DNA of 64,000 bases from Raillietiella orientalis (taxonomy: Eukaryota): contig JAYWIR010000056.1 in assembly GCA_036172245.1 (NCBI GenBank), positions 124,001-188,000 on the forward strand, given 5' to 3'. A program made the position numbers and the translations under genes. Shown here one piece after another: positions 38,390-50,512 of this stretch. The stretch's first letter is position 1. Every line of letters begins with the position of its first letter. The notes below the pieces were generated by a model. The model was given only the letters and a program-made list of their open reading frames with translations, ran no database searches and was not told where the DNA came from.

Positions 38390-41300
38390 ACACCTTGGCG
38401 TAACCCGATTGCAGACCCTGTTCCCTAGCTACCTCGTCGTTCGCTGCAACCGCTCTCAGCGAGGCTAGTCGCCTTGGTGTGTTTCTCCTGCAGAATACCC
38501 CTTTCGCCATGCAATCTGCAGCCTGAGGCTGCTCATCCTCTTGGGACCTTAGCCACCCCAGTCGGCGTCCGTTTCCTGAGCAGAACACATCCCATGGACT
38601 CTGGAGGAGGTCGCCAGGGAAAGGCCGGAAGGGTGAAGCGCTGAAATGGAGCGCCGCGCGCCCGTGATGTACCTGACGGTCCTCTTCAGATTGCGCATCT
38701 GTGCTCCAGTGTGTGGAGCAAGCCAGAGGGAAAGGGACACTGATGAGCTGGCATCAGAAACACAATGCATCAAAGATGAAACGTAATAGCACCAATTAAA
38801 TTAAACAAAAGGGGGGGGGGGAATTTTGCGGATTCTGGAAATCTATCGGAAGAGGAAGCAGGAAAAGGAAAAATAGGGGCTGGGGGGGATACAGAGCAAT
38901 TGAAAGAGAATGGGGAACAGTGCTGATAGTCGAAGCTTCTGGATAGGAAAAACCAGGAAGCGTCCAGGCAACCGGGTTTGAAAACTGCTATGCTAGGCGG
39001 GGATGGGCCGAGCAGTTTTGTTCTGCAAGACTTTGGAGTTAGGGACGCGTAGAAAATTCCGATAGAGAAGTGTCCGTGGCGGTACAGCTGGAAAAAAATC
39101 CGGGGCCACGCTTTTCCTTTGGAAGAGAGCGGCTCCGGAGACGCTGCATCCGCAGGACCATGAGCTCGCACACCAAGCTGGTTCGAGCTGGTTCTGGACC
39201 TCGGTGATCACGGAGCTTCCGAATCAGTCACCTGGAAACCGCCACGCCCTCAAAAGCTTCCATCCACTCTGACCACCGCTTTCCTTGCTGTCTCGCTGTA
39301 TTCATGAGCAGCAGCCGCGATAGTGGATGACCTTTGGCAGTTCGCGCACTCGCGACCTCCACCCGGCGCAAAGAAGCTTCCTCATATCCGCTGCAGTGAG
39401 GGTTTCGTCGGACGGTGCTCGACTGTGGATAGAAGGTTGGTTGCAGGGACCCTCCCTTTGTGAAACGAATGGTTTCGGTGGGTCGGGAAGATCTATCAGA
39501 AAGGTGGGCCTTTTGGCCTTTGGCGTTATCGGATCAATCCCTGAGGCTATGATCAGCTCGAGCTACACCAGCAGCTCGTCGCTGCTGCAGCGGAATGTCC
39601 ACGTCTTTTTTACTGAGGTCAGGTTCCGCAGAGGAGGTTCAGCGTCCTTGACGTGTTCTCTAGACCGTAGGAGCGAAGATGTCGCCTTCCCTTGGTCGCC
39701 AACTGGGTCATCTTCTAGCAGATCGCGTTTCTTTCGATACCCACGTGCGAAAGACTCAGGAAGATGCATACAGAGCGGCGATCACATGTCGCTCTCTCTA
39801 ATTAAGATCCTCCGTGACGTTGCAAAAAAAAGGATGCTGTACCAAAGGAGTGGGTAGCGGCGATGATCCAACCCATCGTAACATCCGGCACCTACCATTA
39901 GTTGTCGTGCAGAGCTTCGACGTGCCGGCGAGGCCCCTCTGCAAGCCGATTCATCATGTGACGTCAGGGAGGAGGGATGCTGGGAAGACACAGAATCCTT
40001 CACTCTCAATGAATCTTCCCAGTGGACCTCAACGGGGAAGGAGTCCTTCCTTTGCAAGCGAGAAGAAGCGCCTCTCTCCCTATGCGTTTTCTTTATCTCG
40101 ATCCCAGAGCATCCAGAATTTGAGCAGCCGAGTAGCGCAGAGGAAGGCAAATCATTCGAAGGTGTGCCGAGCGGCCTCGTCCCACCGCTGCTCTTCCTCC
40201 TGGCGCGCATCGCTCCTATGTGCACTGCGATATGCTCTCGAACTGCGCGCGTGCGTCGCTCTGCTCCTCCGCCGCCTTCTGTTCCTTTTTCGTTCTATCC
40301 TGATGCCTCTGTGCTTCCCGGAAGTTTCTCTCTGGAAGCGAAAAGCGGAAAGAGAACGACTCTTGTTCATCCTTCAGTCCTGTTCTCCTGGTCCCTCCGG
40401 AGAAGTGGAAGAGTTCCGGGCGCAAAGGATTTTCTTCCTCATCCCCAGTTGCTCCCTCTCCCATCCCTGAACGTGCCTGCCGCAGCGCGGTTCCTTGGAG
40501 GCTGAGAGGCGGCAGTTGCTACTCAGGTTCGCTCACGCGTTCACTCAGCTCCAGAGCTTTAGAATGGGGAGTCGGTGGAAGGATAAGCACGGGAAGGAGG
40601 AGGAGGAAGATGTCTTCCCGTATAGGAACCAGGAGGAGTAGCGGGTTCGCCTCCCTCCTTCTTCTCCTCCAGAAGAGTTGGCCTTTCCGCGCTCAAGAAG
40701 AGAAACAGACGAAGAAATGTAGTCCCGGGAGTATTCCGAGGAAAGGGAAAGGCGAGAAAGAACGGGGGGAAGAGTCTCTCCTCCCTCGCTACCTCTGTGG
40801 GAGCCGCTGAGGCACCGCGTCCGCTCTGCGAGAAGGTCGCGCTGCTGCCACCAGTTGGAGGCGATCTGCCACCTGCCGGCCTCCTCCGAAGCTCCTTCGA
40901 CCCCCGTAAGAGCGCCACAGGGGAGACGAGAATGCTCCCCGGAGGGGGAGAACCCGCGTGGGAGAGACCCGCCTCGAGATGGTACTGACTCGTCCCGCAT
41001 GAGGGCCGCTGAGGAGCCGCCGTGCACAAAAGGAATTGTGGACACGATGACCCAGCAGCTGAGACATTCGAAATTCATCGCTGGGGAGTGAAGGGTCGGG
41101 ACAGTCGACTTTCCTGGGGAGAGTCCCCACGAAGCCGAGCGCTCGTGTAAGTCCTACAGGAGACTGTGGAGGGCGCTGGGCGAGCGGAAGGACTGCGGAC
41201 GGCTCCCCGTGCGTGTGGTCTCGTGGGCCTGCGTGGAGGGAGAACACAGCGGAGTGACCTCAGGAGGCACGGAGGTCAAGGGGTTCCTGGAGCAACGCCA

Positions 41301-44300
41301 GAGGGGGGCAAGGAGTAGGGGTGGATGGATGGAGGATGCACAGTGCCTCACCGCTTTCATCTCTGGCAAGATCTGGAAGTTCCGTAGGTGCTGTGCTCCG
41401 CCTTTCTCTCTCCTTGGCGGCGGCGGCGGCGTGATGTCAGCAGCTCCGCTGCTCGAGGAGTCTTCGGGAAGGAGTCCCGAGAGATAGCGAGGAGGAAGGG
41501 CGCGCGTGCTAATCTCTTCTCCTTCTCTCCCCTCCTTCCCCTTCCTCTTCCCGGTCTTGGAAGGAGCAACGCCCGCTCTTCCGCCTTCGGACATCGCATG
41601 CGCCGTCCGCTGCAGCCAGTCTCCGAGGAAACGCAGCTCCTCCTTCCCTGCGCCTCTCCTGCTGACTCGGATCTCTCTCCGAGACCCTTTGGCGCACCCT
41701 GAAGGAGCCAAAGGGTCTCGGGAAGGGATTCCTGGAAAGGGCGGGGGAGAGCAAGGAGAGGGCATCATCCTGCTCTCCCTGGAGGATGCGGCTGCGCCGC
41801 TTCGCGCTCCCCGACCTTTGAACCCAGGGATCCCTGCCCGAGGTGAGGCCTTCTCGCGACGCTGGGCGGGTACGCAGCATGGAGTGGGGGATTCGACGTT
41901 CAGTGGACCATCTCTCCCCACAGCCGGTAGAGGGAAGGGAAAGGAAGGACACTCCTCCCCTCTCTCCCCGCTCCAGTGGGCGCCTGTCTCGGACTCATCG
42001 GGACATGGGGGGCCTCCCGAGAGCCTCTCATCTCCTGGGGAGGGCAGAAAGGGGCAGAGTCCCACCTGCAAGGACGCTGGCAGCAGAAGCAGGCCGAGAT
42101 CCACTCCCCCGTTCTCGGGGCAACGGGGAAGCGGCCGTTCCTCCTGCAGGACCGACAGCTCACCGTTTCCCTCCTCGCCCCCCTCTCTTCGCCCTCTTCC
42201 CGTCCGGCTCCTCGCTCCACTCTCCGAGCTTCCCGAACGGCTGCTCTCCTGATCTCTCCCCTTTTCCGAAACTCCCCAAAGGCCTCATCCATCCTTCCGC
42301 GGGCCCGTCTCTCCCTCTTGGTCGCGCGGGGGGGGGGGGAAGGGGCAGCTCGAAAGGAGGGGGGAAGGGTTCGATTGCTCCCGGGGGAGCTCCAAAGGGG
42401 CGCGGAGAGAGGGACGTGAAAAAAAAAAAAAACAGCCTGTGGTAGCCAGCCGTACTCGCTCCCTGGTACACTCCCGGGGGAACGCAGGCTGCTTCGGCCG
42501 ATTGGTGGCGCGGGAGGTCGGTCAGTCTCCAGGAGAGATGCGTTCCAGGAGCGCTAAGATCGTCTGTCCTCCGCCAGTCGGCGTACCTGCCGGCGAGAAA
42601 GAGGCGGGTGGCGCGAGGCAGAAGCGGAAGGGGGAGGCAGTGGGTCTCGGGAGCGGTGGGACGCGCGAGGAAGGGTGAGAAGGGACGGTTTCCGGTGAGA
42701 GGCTCCGAGGAGCAAGGGGATGAGGAAGGAAGGAAGGAAAGAGGAGGAGGAAGAGGAGGAAAGGGAGAGAACTGGGCTGTAGGAGGGAGGGGGAAAAGTC
42801 TATGGAGACGGAGAACGGAGGCCTCTGGACGGGTGGCGCCTCGGCGAGGCAGCGAGCCAGACGCCGCAGCAGTGGGAGAGGTGATACTCCGGGAGGTCAT
42901 TCGAGGGAGGGGAGAAGGGCCACAATATGCGGGAGAGACACGGAGGGGATGGTGGCAGCGACTTTGAGAGGTAATCGGTGAAGGAAGGGGAAGGAGAAAG
43001 AGGTGGGAGGGGGGAAGGGAAGGCAGCGGACCGAAGGAGACGGCTGAGGGGGAGAAAATGATGGAGAAGATGACGGTGGTGGCACGCGGATGATTCTCAG
43101 AAGGTCGCCGAATGGCCGAAGGTGAAGAGGAGGACATGGCCTCTCTCTCGAGCTCGGGGAGCAGTTGGGCGGCGGCGGAAAGGTGGAACGGGAGTGGTGG
43201 TGGGCGGGCAGGAGCAGCTACCCTGCGGAACTGCTCCAGGGGTTGTTTCCGAGGACGCTGGATGCTCCCTGACGGGCGCGCCGTAGAGTGGAGGCGGCAC
43301 ATCCGCACTCGGCATCCCGGAGCGCCTCCCCCCTCTTCTTCCCTTCCCACCTGCCTGTTCCTGGGAAGGAGCAGGAGGGGGCCACTCCCTCAGGATGCAG
43401 GAAGCTGCAGGGGCTCTTCCGGAATGGCGCCAGAGGGTAGCGTAGGATCGGGTGACCTGCGCGCGCGCGAGCATGAAAAAGAAAGCGGGGGGGAAGAAAG
43501 GGCGCGCCTCCCGCCTTCCCGCGTTGGCAAAACGGGAGGAAAAAAGGAAAAAACCCGTTTTGGGAGGAACGACGGAAACAAAAAAAAAAAAAAAGGAAAG
43601 AAAGAAAGGAGAGGAGGAAGAGAAGGAGAGAGGGGAGCGTTCCCGGAATTGAATGGAGCCGTTCTCTGGGAGGGAGGTGACGAAAGGATAATCGGGCACT
43701 CCATTAGCAGTGCGCAGCGCCACCGTTTCAGCTGACTCATGTCATCGCAGCATCCCGGATCTTTTTATCCCCTGATTGATTTTTTTTTTTTTTTTTCTCC
43801 TATCAGGGGCGCGCGCGCGAGTCAGCGCGGATTAGCGAGCGTCACCATGGAGAGCGATCGCCGCGCGCCAGGACGAACAAAGAAGGGTTAACGGGTTGCC
43901 GACCCTCCCTGTTTGCCTTTCCCATGAGGGCGCCTCCCCGCGCTTCGGAGGGGGCCACTGCGTTCGGCCGGTGACGGGCTCTTGCCCGACCACGCGCACT
44001 CCCGCGTGCGTGCGTACGTGCGTGCGTAGGAGGCCAAAGGGGGAGGAGGGAAAGACCACGGCGCGTGTGACCGTTGAGCCCTTTCCTCCTCCTCCTCCTT
44101 TCCCGGAACCCGGCGGCAGCCTCCGGACGGCGCCAGCACGGCCTCCAGAGGTCCAGAGGCTACGGGCGGACTAGCCGCGGGCACGCCCACAGCGCGCCTA
44201 TCATCAGCAAGGCGACGCGCCCGCGAAGCTGCGCGCGCCTTCTCCTCCTTTCCTCCTCTTCCTACTCCGCCACCGCCGCAGTTGCGAGAGATCGCTTTTT

Positions 44301-47300
44301 AATTGACTCGCCTCTTCCCCAACTCTTTGGGTCCTTCCCTCTGGGAAGCTACGGCCGTTCATCAAGCAGATAGCAATTTATCGGGGTGTCAGGAACATCC
44401 CTGGCCGCGCAGCACGAGTCCCCGCGGTGCCTCCGCGTCCCGCGCGCCAGGTGCTTCCCCGCCAGCCTGCGGAACCTCTTTCGTTCCTGGCTCTGGGGAA
44501 GCTTACGATCCTCTCCCGGGGGTTCGGCAAGGGACTGCCGTCGCTAACGATGGGAACCCTCTGCTCCTCACTCGGGCGCGCAGCCTCCATCCAGTGCGTG
44601 CTCTGCTCCAGAGCTTCCGAGAAAGGACCCTCCATGCTGGGCAGGGAGGGCGGCGGGGAGTAGATCCTGAGGGGGGCTCAACGGGGAGGAGCAGATGGAG
44701 AGGAGAGGTTTCTTCCTCTTGTGCACGAGGTCGGCGTTTCACTCGGGGCTCGCTCTTTCCAGAAACCGGGGGTCTTGCGAGGAGGGAGAAGCCCTTGGCC
44801 TGCGCAGCCCTTTCCCCTCTCCCCGGAAGAGGGAGGTGCATCCCTCCCCTCGAAGCAGAGAGAGTGCGGCGGCGCTCCGAAAGTCGTCTCCAGGAAGATC
44901 ACTCGACAGCGGGCACCGTCCTCTCTTGCCGCCGCATCCAGAAAGGGGCCGGGAGGGGAGCAAAGCGCCCTGCGCGGTCGCTCCCTTCCGTCAGCGTTCG
45001 CCTCGCTCGGGAGGGAGCAGGCTCGCGGGGGAAGAAAGGAACCGGACGGCGGCGTTGGCGTGGAAACGGGGCCTCTCCCCTCCCTCCCGCCCTCCTGAAA
45101 CATTGAATTCCATCCAAGCTCCCGTGAGGCGATGGGGTCTTTTCTTCCAGGCTTTTCTTCGCGCGGTCCCTGCGCGCCTTCCTCGTCCCGGGCGCGCGCC
45201 TGTCCCGTCCGTTCGATTTGGGTCGCGACAATGCCGCGTCTCCCGGGGTTCCTGGAGATCAATGAAGTGGATACGGGAGCGTCACAATGGGGGGACGCCG
45301 GGCGCACCGCAGCGGGCCCTCCCCGGTCGGGAGGCTCTCGAAAGTCCCCCGCAGCGAAGGTCTCGACATGGCGCTCTCTCCCCATTCTGCGCGTGTCAAC
45401 ACGGGACTCCATCCTGACTTCCAGGGTCCCGCGGGTCATCGCCGAATTATCGATCCGGAAGTCGTAAATCAGGTCGGAGGGAGGGAAGCTTGAAAAATTG
45501 CCCTCCGGAGGTTCCCCTGCCCTCCGCGCCGCGGCACCGCGGGGGATGCGGGGCGTGACGAGCGCGCGCGGGGGTCCTCCCCCCGGATCCGGGCGCGCGG
45601 AGGCCCACCGCGAGCCGAGGGCTGGCCGGGAGAGAGTAGGGCGGGCTGCGGAGACACGGGCGTCCTCGCGCGACGCGTGGCACCCGCCGCCGACCACCGC
45701 CCGGGACGGCCGAAGGGCGAGGCTTGACCAAGCGTCCATCCGCAGCCGCCTCGATGCGCTGACCCGGAGTCCGTTTCCCGGGGGCAGCCAAAAAAAAAGG
45801 GGAGAGAAGAAGGGAGAGAGCAGCGGAAAAGGGGGCGCCGCAGTTGGAGCCGCTGGCGCCCGCTGCTCCTCCCTTCCTCCGCGCTCCAAAGGCAGCTCGG
45901 GATGGGATGGGGCTGCCGGATCCCCACAAAAGCGCTCCTCTCCTCGCAAGTGTTCGCTTGTTCCCTGCGAATGATAAAATGTAAAAACAGGAACAAGCGG
46001 CTCGGCCGAAAAAATTAAGCGCGACAATGGAGGGGGAGTCGGTTCCTCCTTCTCCCGGCGCCAATTAGAGAACCGGAGTTGGTTTTTTCCTTCCCCATCG
46101 TCGAGGTGGGAGTCCCATTGAAAGGGGGAACAGTTGTCTGGCCGAGCATATGCTATCGAGCCAGCAAGGGTGAAGTCAGGTGGAGGGAATAAATCAAATC
46201 CGCCCCCGGAGCACCCTAATTGCTCCCCGCCCCGCTCCGCCGCCGCTGCTGCTGCTGCCGTCGCTGCTGCGCACCTACCGATTCATTGCGCCCTCGGGCC
46301 GAGCGTCGTTCGACTCGGCGCGCGCCCGCTCCCAGGCGCGTATCCAGCAAGAGCGCGCGGGCAAGGCTCCCCTTCCGACGGTTTGTCTCCTCCTGCTCCG
46401 TCCTTCCTGACGGGAGCCACCAGGAGGAGAACGGGAGATGTCGATGTCCCTCCTCTGGGGTGAGACCGGAGCTCCAGCTAGCTGCTCCTGGCTCCGCAGC
46501 GCGCACCCTCGCCGCCAAAGATGCCTTGAACGGAAGGAGGCGCAGCTTCTGGAGTCTCGTCGAGATCTGTACCAGGGCCTGCCTCGCGTCGCTTCCTTCT
46601 GACTGGCATTTCTTCTTTTTGTGCGCCGCGCCGCCACCCAGCGGCTGGAAGCCACTCGTCGGACGAGCGGATTCTGGCAAAGTGGCGGAGGGGGGATGGA
46701 AGAGGAAGAGGGGATGATGAAGATGCGAAAGAGCGCAAGAAGAAGAGGAGGAACGCGAGAAGAGAGATCTCATGACTGGGGAAGGTGCCAGCGGAAGTGT
46801 TCCTTTTGGCAGCGGCGCGTCGATTCTGGAATATCGGCGATCGAAGATCCCAGGAGGATGAGTCCGTTTCTGTTTCCTCTTGTGGCCTTGGTCCGCAGCC
46901 CGCTTCCCTAGGATCCTCCCTCCCCCCCCTTCCCGTAGTTGGAGGGTCCCCGATGGAGGCGTCCGGCTGGCATCCGGACCTGCTCCGCTGTGAGGGGAGG
47001 AGGAGTCTCAGATCTCGCTCCTCTAGTGTCTGCTCTTGCATCTCTCTCTCTTTCTCAGGGGTCGCCTTCTCGGTTCCCGGTCTTCCCGTCGGTCGAAGCG
47101 TGGCTGCAACAAGTAGGTCTTCGTCCCAGCCTTGCCGTCGGTGCGCGTCGATCCGGGAGCTGCTGTTGCTGGCTGCACGTCCCCGCTTTGCTCTGCGCTC
47201 TTCAGAGAGGCCGCGGACTGCCTTCGTTCGCTCCGGGACGCACAGCCTGGACGCGATTTCCGCCCCCAGGAGGAGTCCACGTCGGTGAGAGGAAAGGGCA

Positions 47301-49472
47301 CGAGCAGGCAGACTAGGATTCCCCACGCGATCCTAAAGTGTCACCTCGGGAACAAGAAAGACAGGACCTTCATGGCAACGATGCGGCGCGCCTCCAATTG
47401 GCCGGGAAGCGAGGTCGGCTCAGAGGGCGTCTGGAGTGATTTATTGCCCCCGAGATGCAGGAGATAGGGGACAGCAGCGAAGAGGAAAGCGCACGTCTTG
47501 CGCTGCAAAGGAAGACGTCGTGCGGGCATGCGGTGAGCAGACAGCTCGCGGGGGGAACGGCGTGCAGCTCCGCGCGTGCGCGCGCGCGCGCGATTGCAGC
47601 GCACGTCCCGGAGTCCGCTGCCAGATGAGGCGCCCGCCTTTCGGCATGCCTCGCTAATGAGCCGCTGCTGTCTCGGGCACACTTCGCGAGCGCTTGGTGC
47701 CTGCGCGGGGAACCCGTCAAAGGGAATCCGGCGCGGCTCGGAGAGCGTCATCTGCCGACGGTTTCCAAGGTTCCTCCGAGACGAGCAGGTCGACCCGGAA
47801 AGGCGCTCGCCCGTTTGGTCTGCCCACGCGGGAGCTCGGGACGGACAGCTGGGAAGACGAAGACCGGCGCCGCAGCGCTTTCTTGCAAGGGTCCACGAAA
47901 AATTGGGAGGGGGGGGGATGGGGAAATGCACGGGAAACCTGGAGTTCAGTGGATGGAGGCGAGGAAGGGATCCGTCCTGTAGCGGAGGGGGATCCTCGAT
48001 GCGAAGGAGAGGAAAGGGAAACTTATGCTAGAGGAGAAGCGCGCTTCGAGGAATCACCCTTTCTTTAGCTTCCTCGAGGATCCAGAAGAGACGCGCCCGC
48101 GCCCTTCGCTGCACGTGCAGGAGGAGTCTTCCGTCTCGTTGGCAGATGGGAAGCGAAGCTGGTCCGTCGCAGCTTCGCTCTCTCCTCAGCATCTAGCCGG
48201 GCGCATCAGCAGGAGGAAGAAGATGTGCCCTCGTTTCCTATCCTGCGCGCGGCTGGAGGCTCACTGACACGGGAAAATTCAGAAAAGTGGCGAGGAGGAT
48301 GCAGGATGCCGCCCTGCAGATCCCTCTGTGGTTCGTCCCACGGCTCGAGATGCAAAGGCCTCTAGCAGAGGACTGAAGATCACCTGGCACTCCAGAGAAA
48401 CGAAGGACCTCCTTCCCGGCGCCTGTTCTTGGCGCGGCAGTGATTCTAGGGACGCACGGAACCCGCGGAATCTAAGGAGCCTACTTCTTCCGTCGTTTCT
48501 TCGGGACGAGAACAAGCTCCCTCCCTCTCGGGCTATTCCGCTCGTCGGGAACCCACCTCCGTTTCCTTGGAGACCGCGAGAGAAGCATCTGCTGCTGCTT
48601 CAAGAGTTCCTTGCCTGCGTGCTGATCCATCGTCCACCGGGACGTCAACGAGATCCGCTTCTTCGTCGGGAGCATTTTCGAGGCCGATTGGAATGAGTAG
48701 GGGAAGGAGAAACCAGGAAGGCAGGAACCCCACGAAGGAACGATCTTCCTCTCCGGACCGATCGGTGACTCCCTCTTGCGTTTCCCGGTCCTTCGAGGAC
48801 GCAGACGGCTAAGCTATCGAAGCCGCCCTTTCGGGGACCATTTCGCTCCTTCCCCTTCTCCTTACCGAGAGGGCGAGGTCACAAGGCGTGCGCAGAACCC
48901 AGCGCGACCGACTCCGCGGTCATGCCTTGAGCCCGCGTCCGCCGTCCGTTCCCAGCACGCACCTCCGAAGGAAGGCGTTCCCGGGGAGGGTGACCGGAGT
49001 CCCGGACGCGCGGCCTCTTCCATCCGGGGCGCCGTGTCCACCAGGGGAACGATCGGAAGCCCATCACAAGATCCGGGAGAGGAGAAGAGCACCTTGGGAA
49101 CGGTCCAGCCGCTGACCGCCGAGGACCGAAAACCTGTTCGATATGAGGACGTGTTTCCGGTTCTGCGGATTTTCCTCGAATTTATGTCTGCTCAGCGAAG
49201 GGGAGGGGGAGATGGAGAGAAGCCGTCGCCGCCGTCTTGGTGCCCGGCCGCAGCCACGCGACCGGATTCGGTCGCCTCGCGGAAGGCGACGATGGCCGGC
49301 GGGTGAAAAGTTCTCGGCGCAGCAGCTTCCCTCTCCAGCGCTCGCCTCGTGGGCTCCCTGAGACTCGCTCCCGCTCGCTGGAGCCCCCCCCCCCTCTCCC
49401 CTCCCCGGGTGCGTGCAGCCTCCGGATGGATGTCGCTGCCCGAGCGTGGGGAGTCGGAGGGCAAACGCCTTC

Positions 49473-49500
49473 CACGCACGCACGCACGCACGCACACGCA
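49473..49500. repeat. (CACG)n microsatellite
   Basis: cacgcacgcacgcacgcacgcacacgca. Confidence 0.85.
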
Positions 49501-50350
49501 CCCTCCCCGCGAGCGGAACGAGAGCTCTCCTCGCTTTCCTCGGAGCTCCCCGAAGCGCATGTAAATATTCCCGTGGGTATTTATTTTTTCTTCTCCTCTT
49601 TGATTTATCCCCGTAATTAACGGAAGAAATATCGCCTGGCCGCTGCGCTCGGGATCCGGGAAGAGGATGGGAAGCGCCCGTAATTTATGCTCTCATCTTG
49701 ATTACCAGTAAATACTCAAAGCCAGGCGATGCGAGACTCCCCTCGAGCGCCCCTGACGTCGGGCAGCCCGGACCGTCCAATTCCCCGAGCCCCGGTCCGG
49801 AACCGCGGGACCGAGGGGCAGGGGTGGTTGCCCGGCCCGCGCCTTTCTTCGCCCGGCGCACGGTCCCTGCGATTCCTCCGCACCAATGGAATCGTCATTA
49901 AGCGCCCGCGGCCTCGGTCGGCGGCGCTCCAAGTCCTCGGCACGGTCCCGGAAAAGGCGAGCATTGTTGACAGCTGTTGCCATTGAAACGTCTCGGATCC
50001 GACTGCGGAGTATAAACATTTCTGTTGACTCTGAGCGCTGCAGGAGATTTATCTGCTGCTGCCTTTGTGAGCGACTCTCAGCACGGTTGGCAGCAAAGCA
50101 CGGAGATTTCCGATACTTAAATGCAGCTGAATGATCGATGCCCTCCGCATTGATAGAAAGGGTGCGGCTGCGCGGAATGAAAGAAGTCCTCATTCTCTGC
50201 CTTCTCCCTTTTATTGGAATCTGAATGCGTGCGAAGACACCAACCCCCAATCGCATAAACAAACTGCACTCGTGAAAACACGTGTGAATTCCCCATGCGT
50301 ATAAAGTTCCTCCAATGTTTATACATCTGTGCCCTCCTGCATAACTTACG

Positions 50351-50389
50351 TATACATACATACATACATACATATATATATACATATAT
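50351..50389. repeat. (TACA)n(TA)n microsatellite
   Basis: tatacatacatacatacatacatatatatatacatatat. Confidence 0.9.
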
Positions 50390-50480
50390 CAAGCATTGAG
50401 CATGTCCTCAGTATCTTCACGCACATCTCTTCTGCTTTGCAGGTCGCAAAGAATGGATGCAGACACAGAGACACGTGCGC

Positions 50481-50512
50481 GCACGCACGCACACACACAC
50501 ACACACACACAC
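50481..50512. repeat. (GCAC)n(AC)n microsatellite
   Basis: gcacgcacgcacacacacacacacacacacac. Confidence 0.9.
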
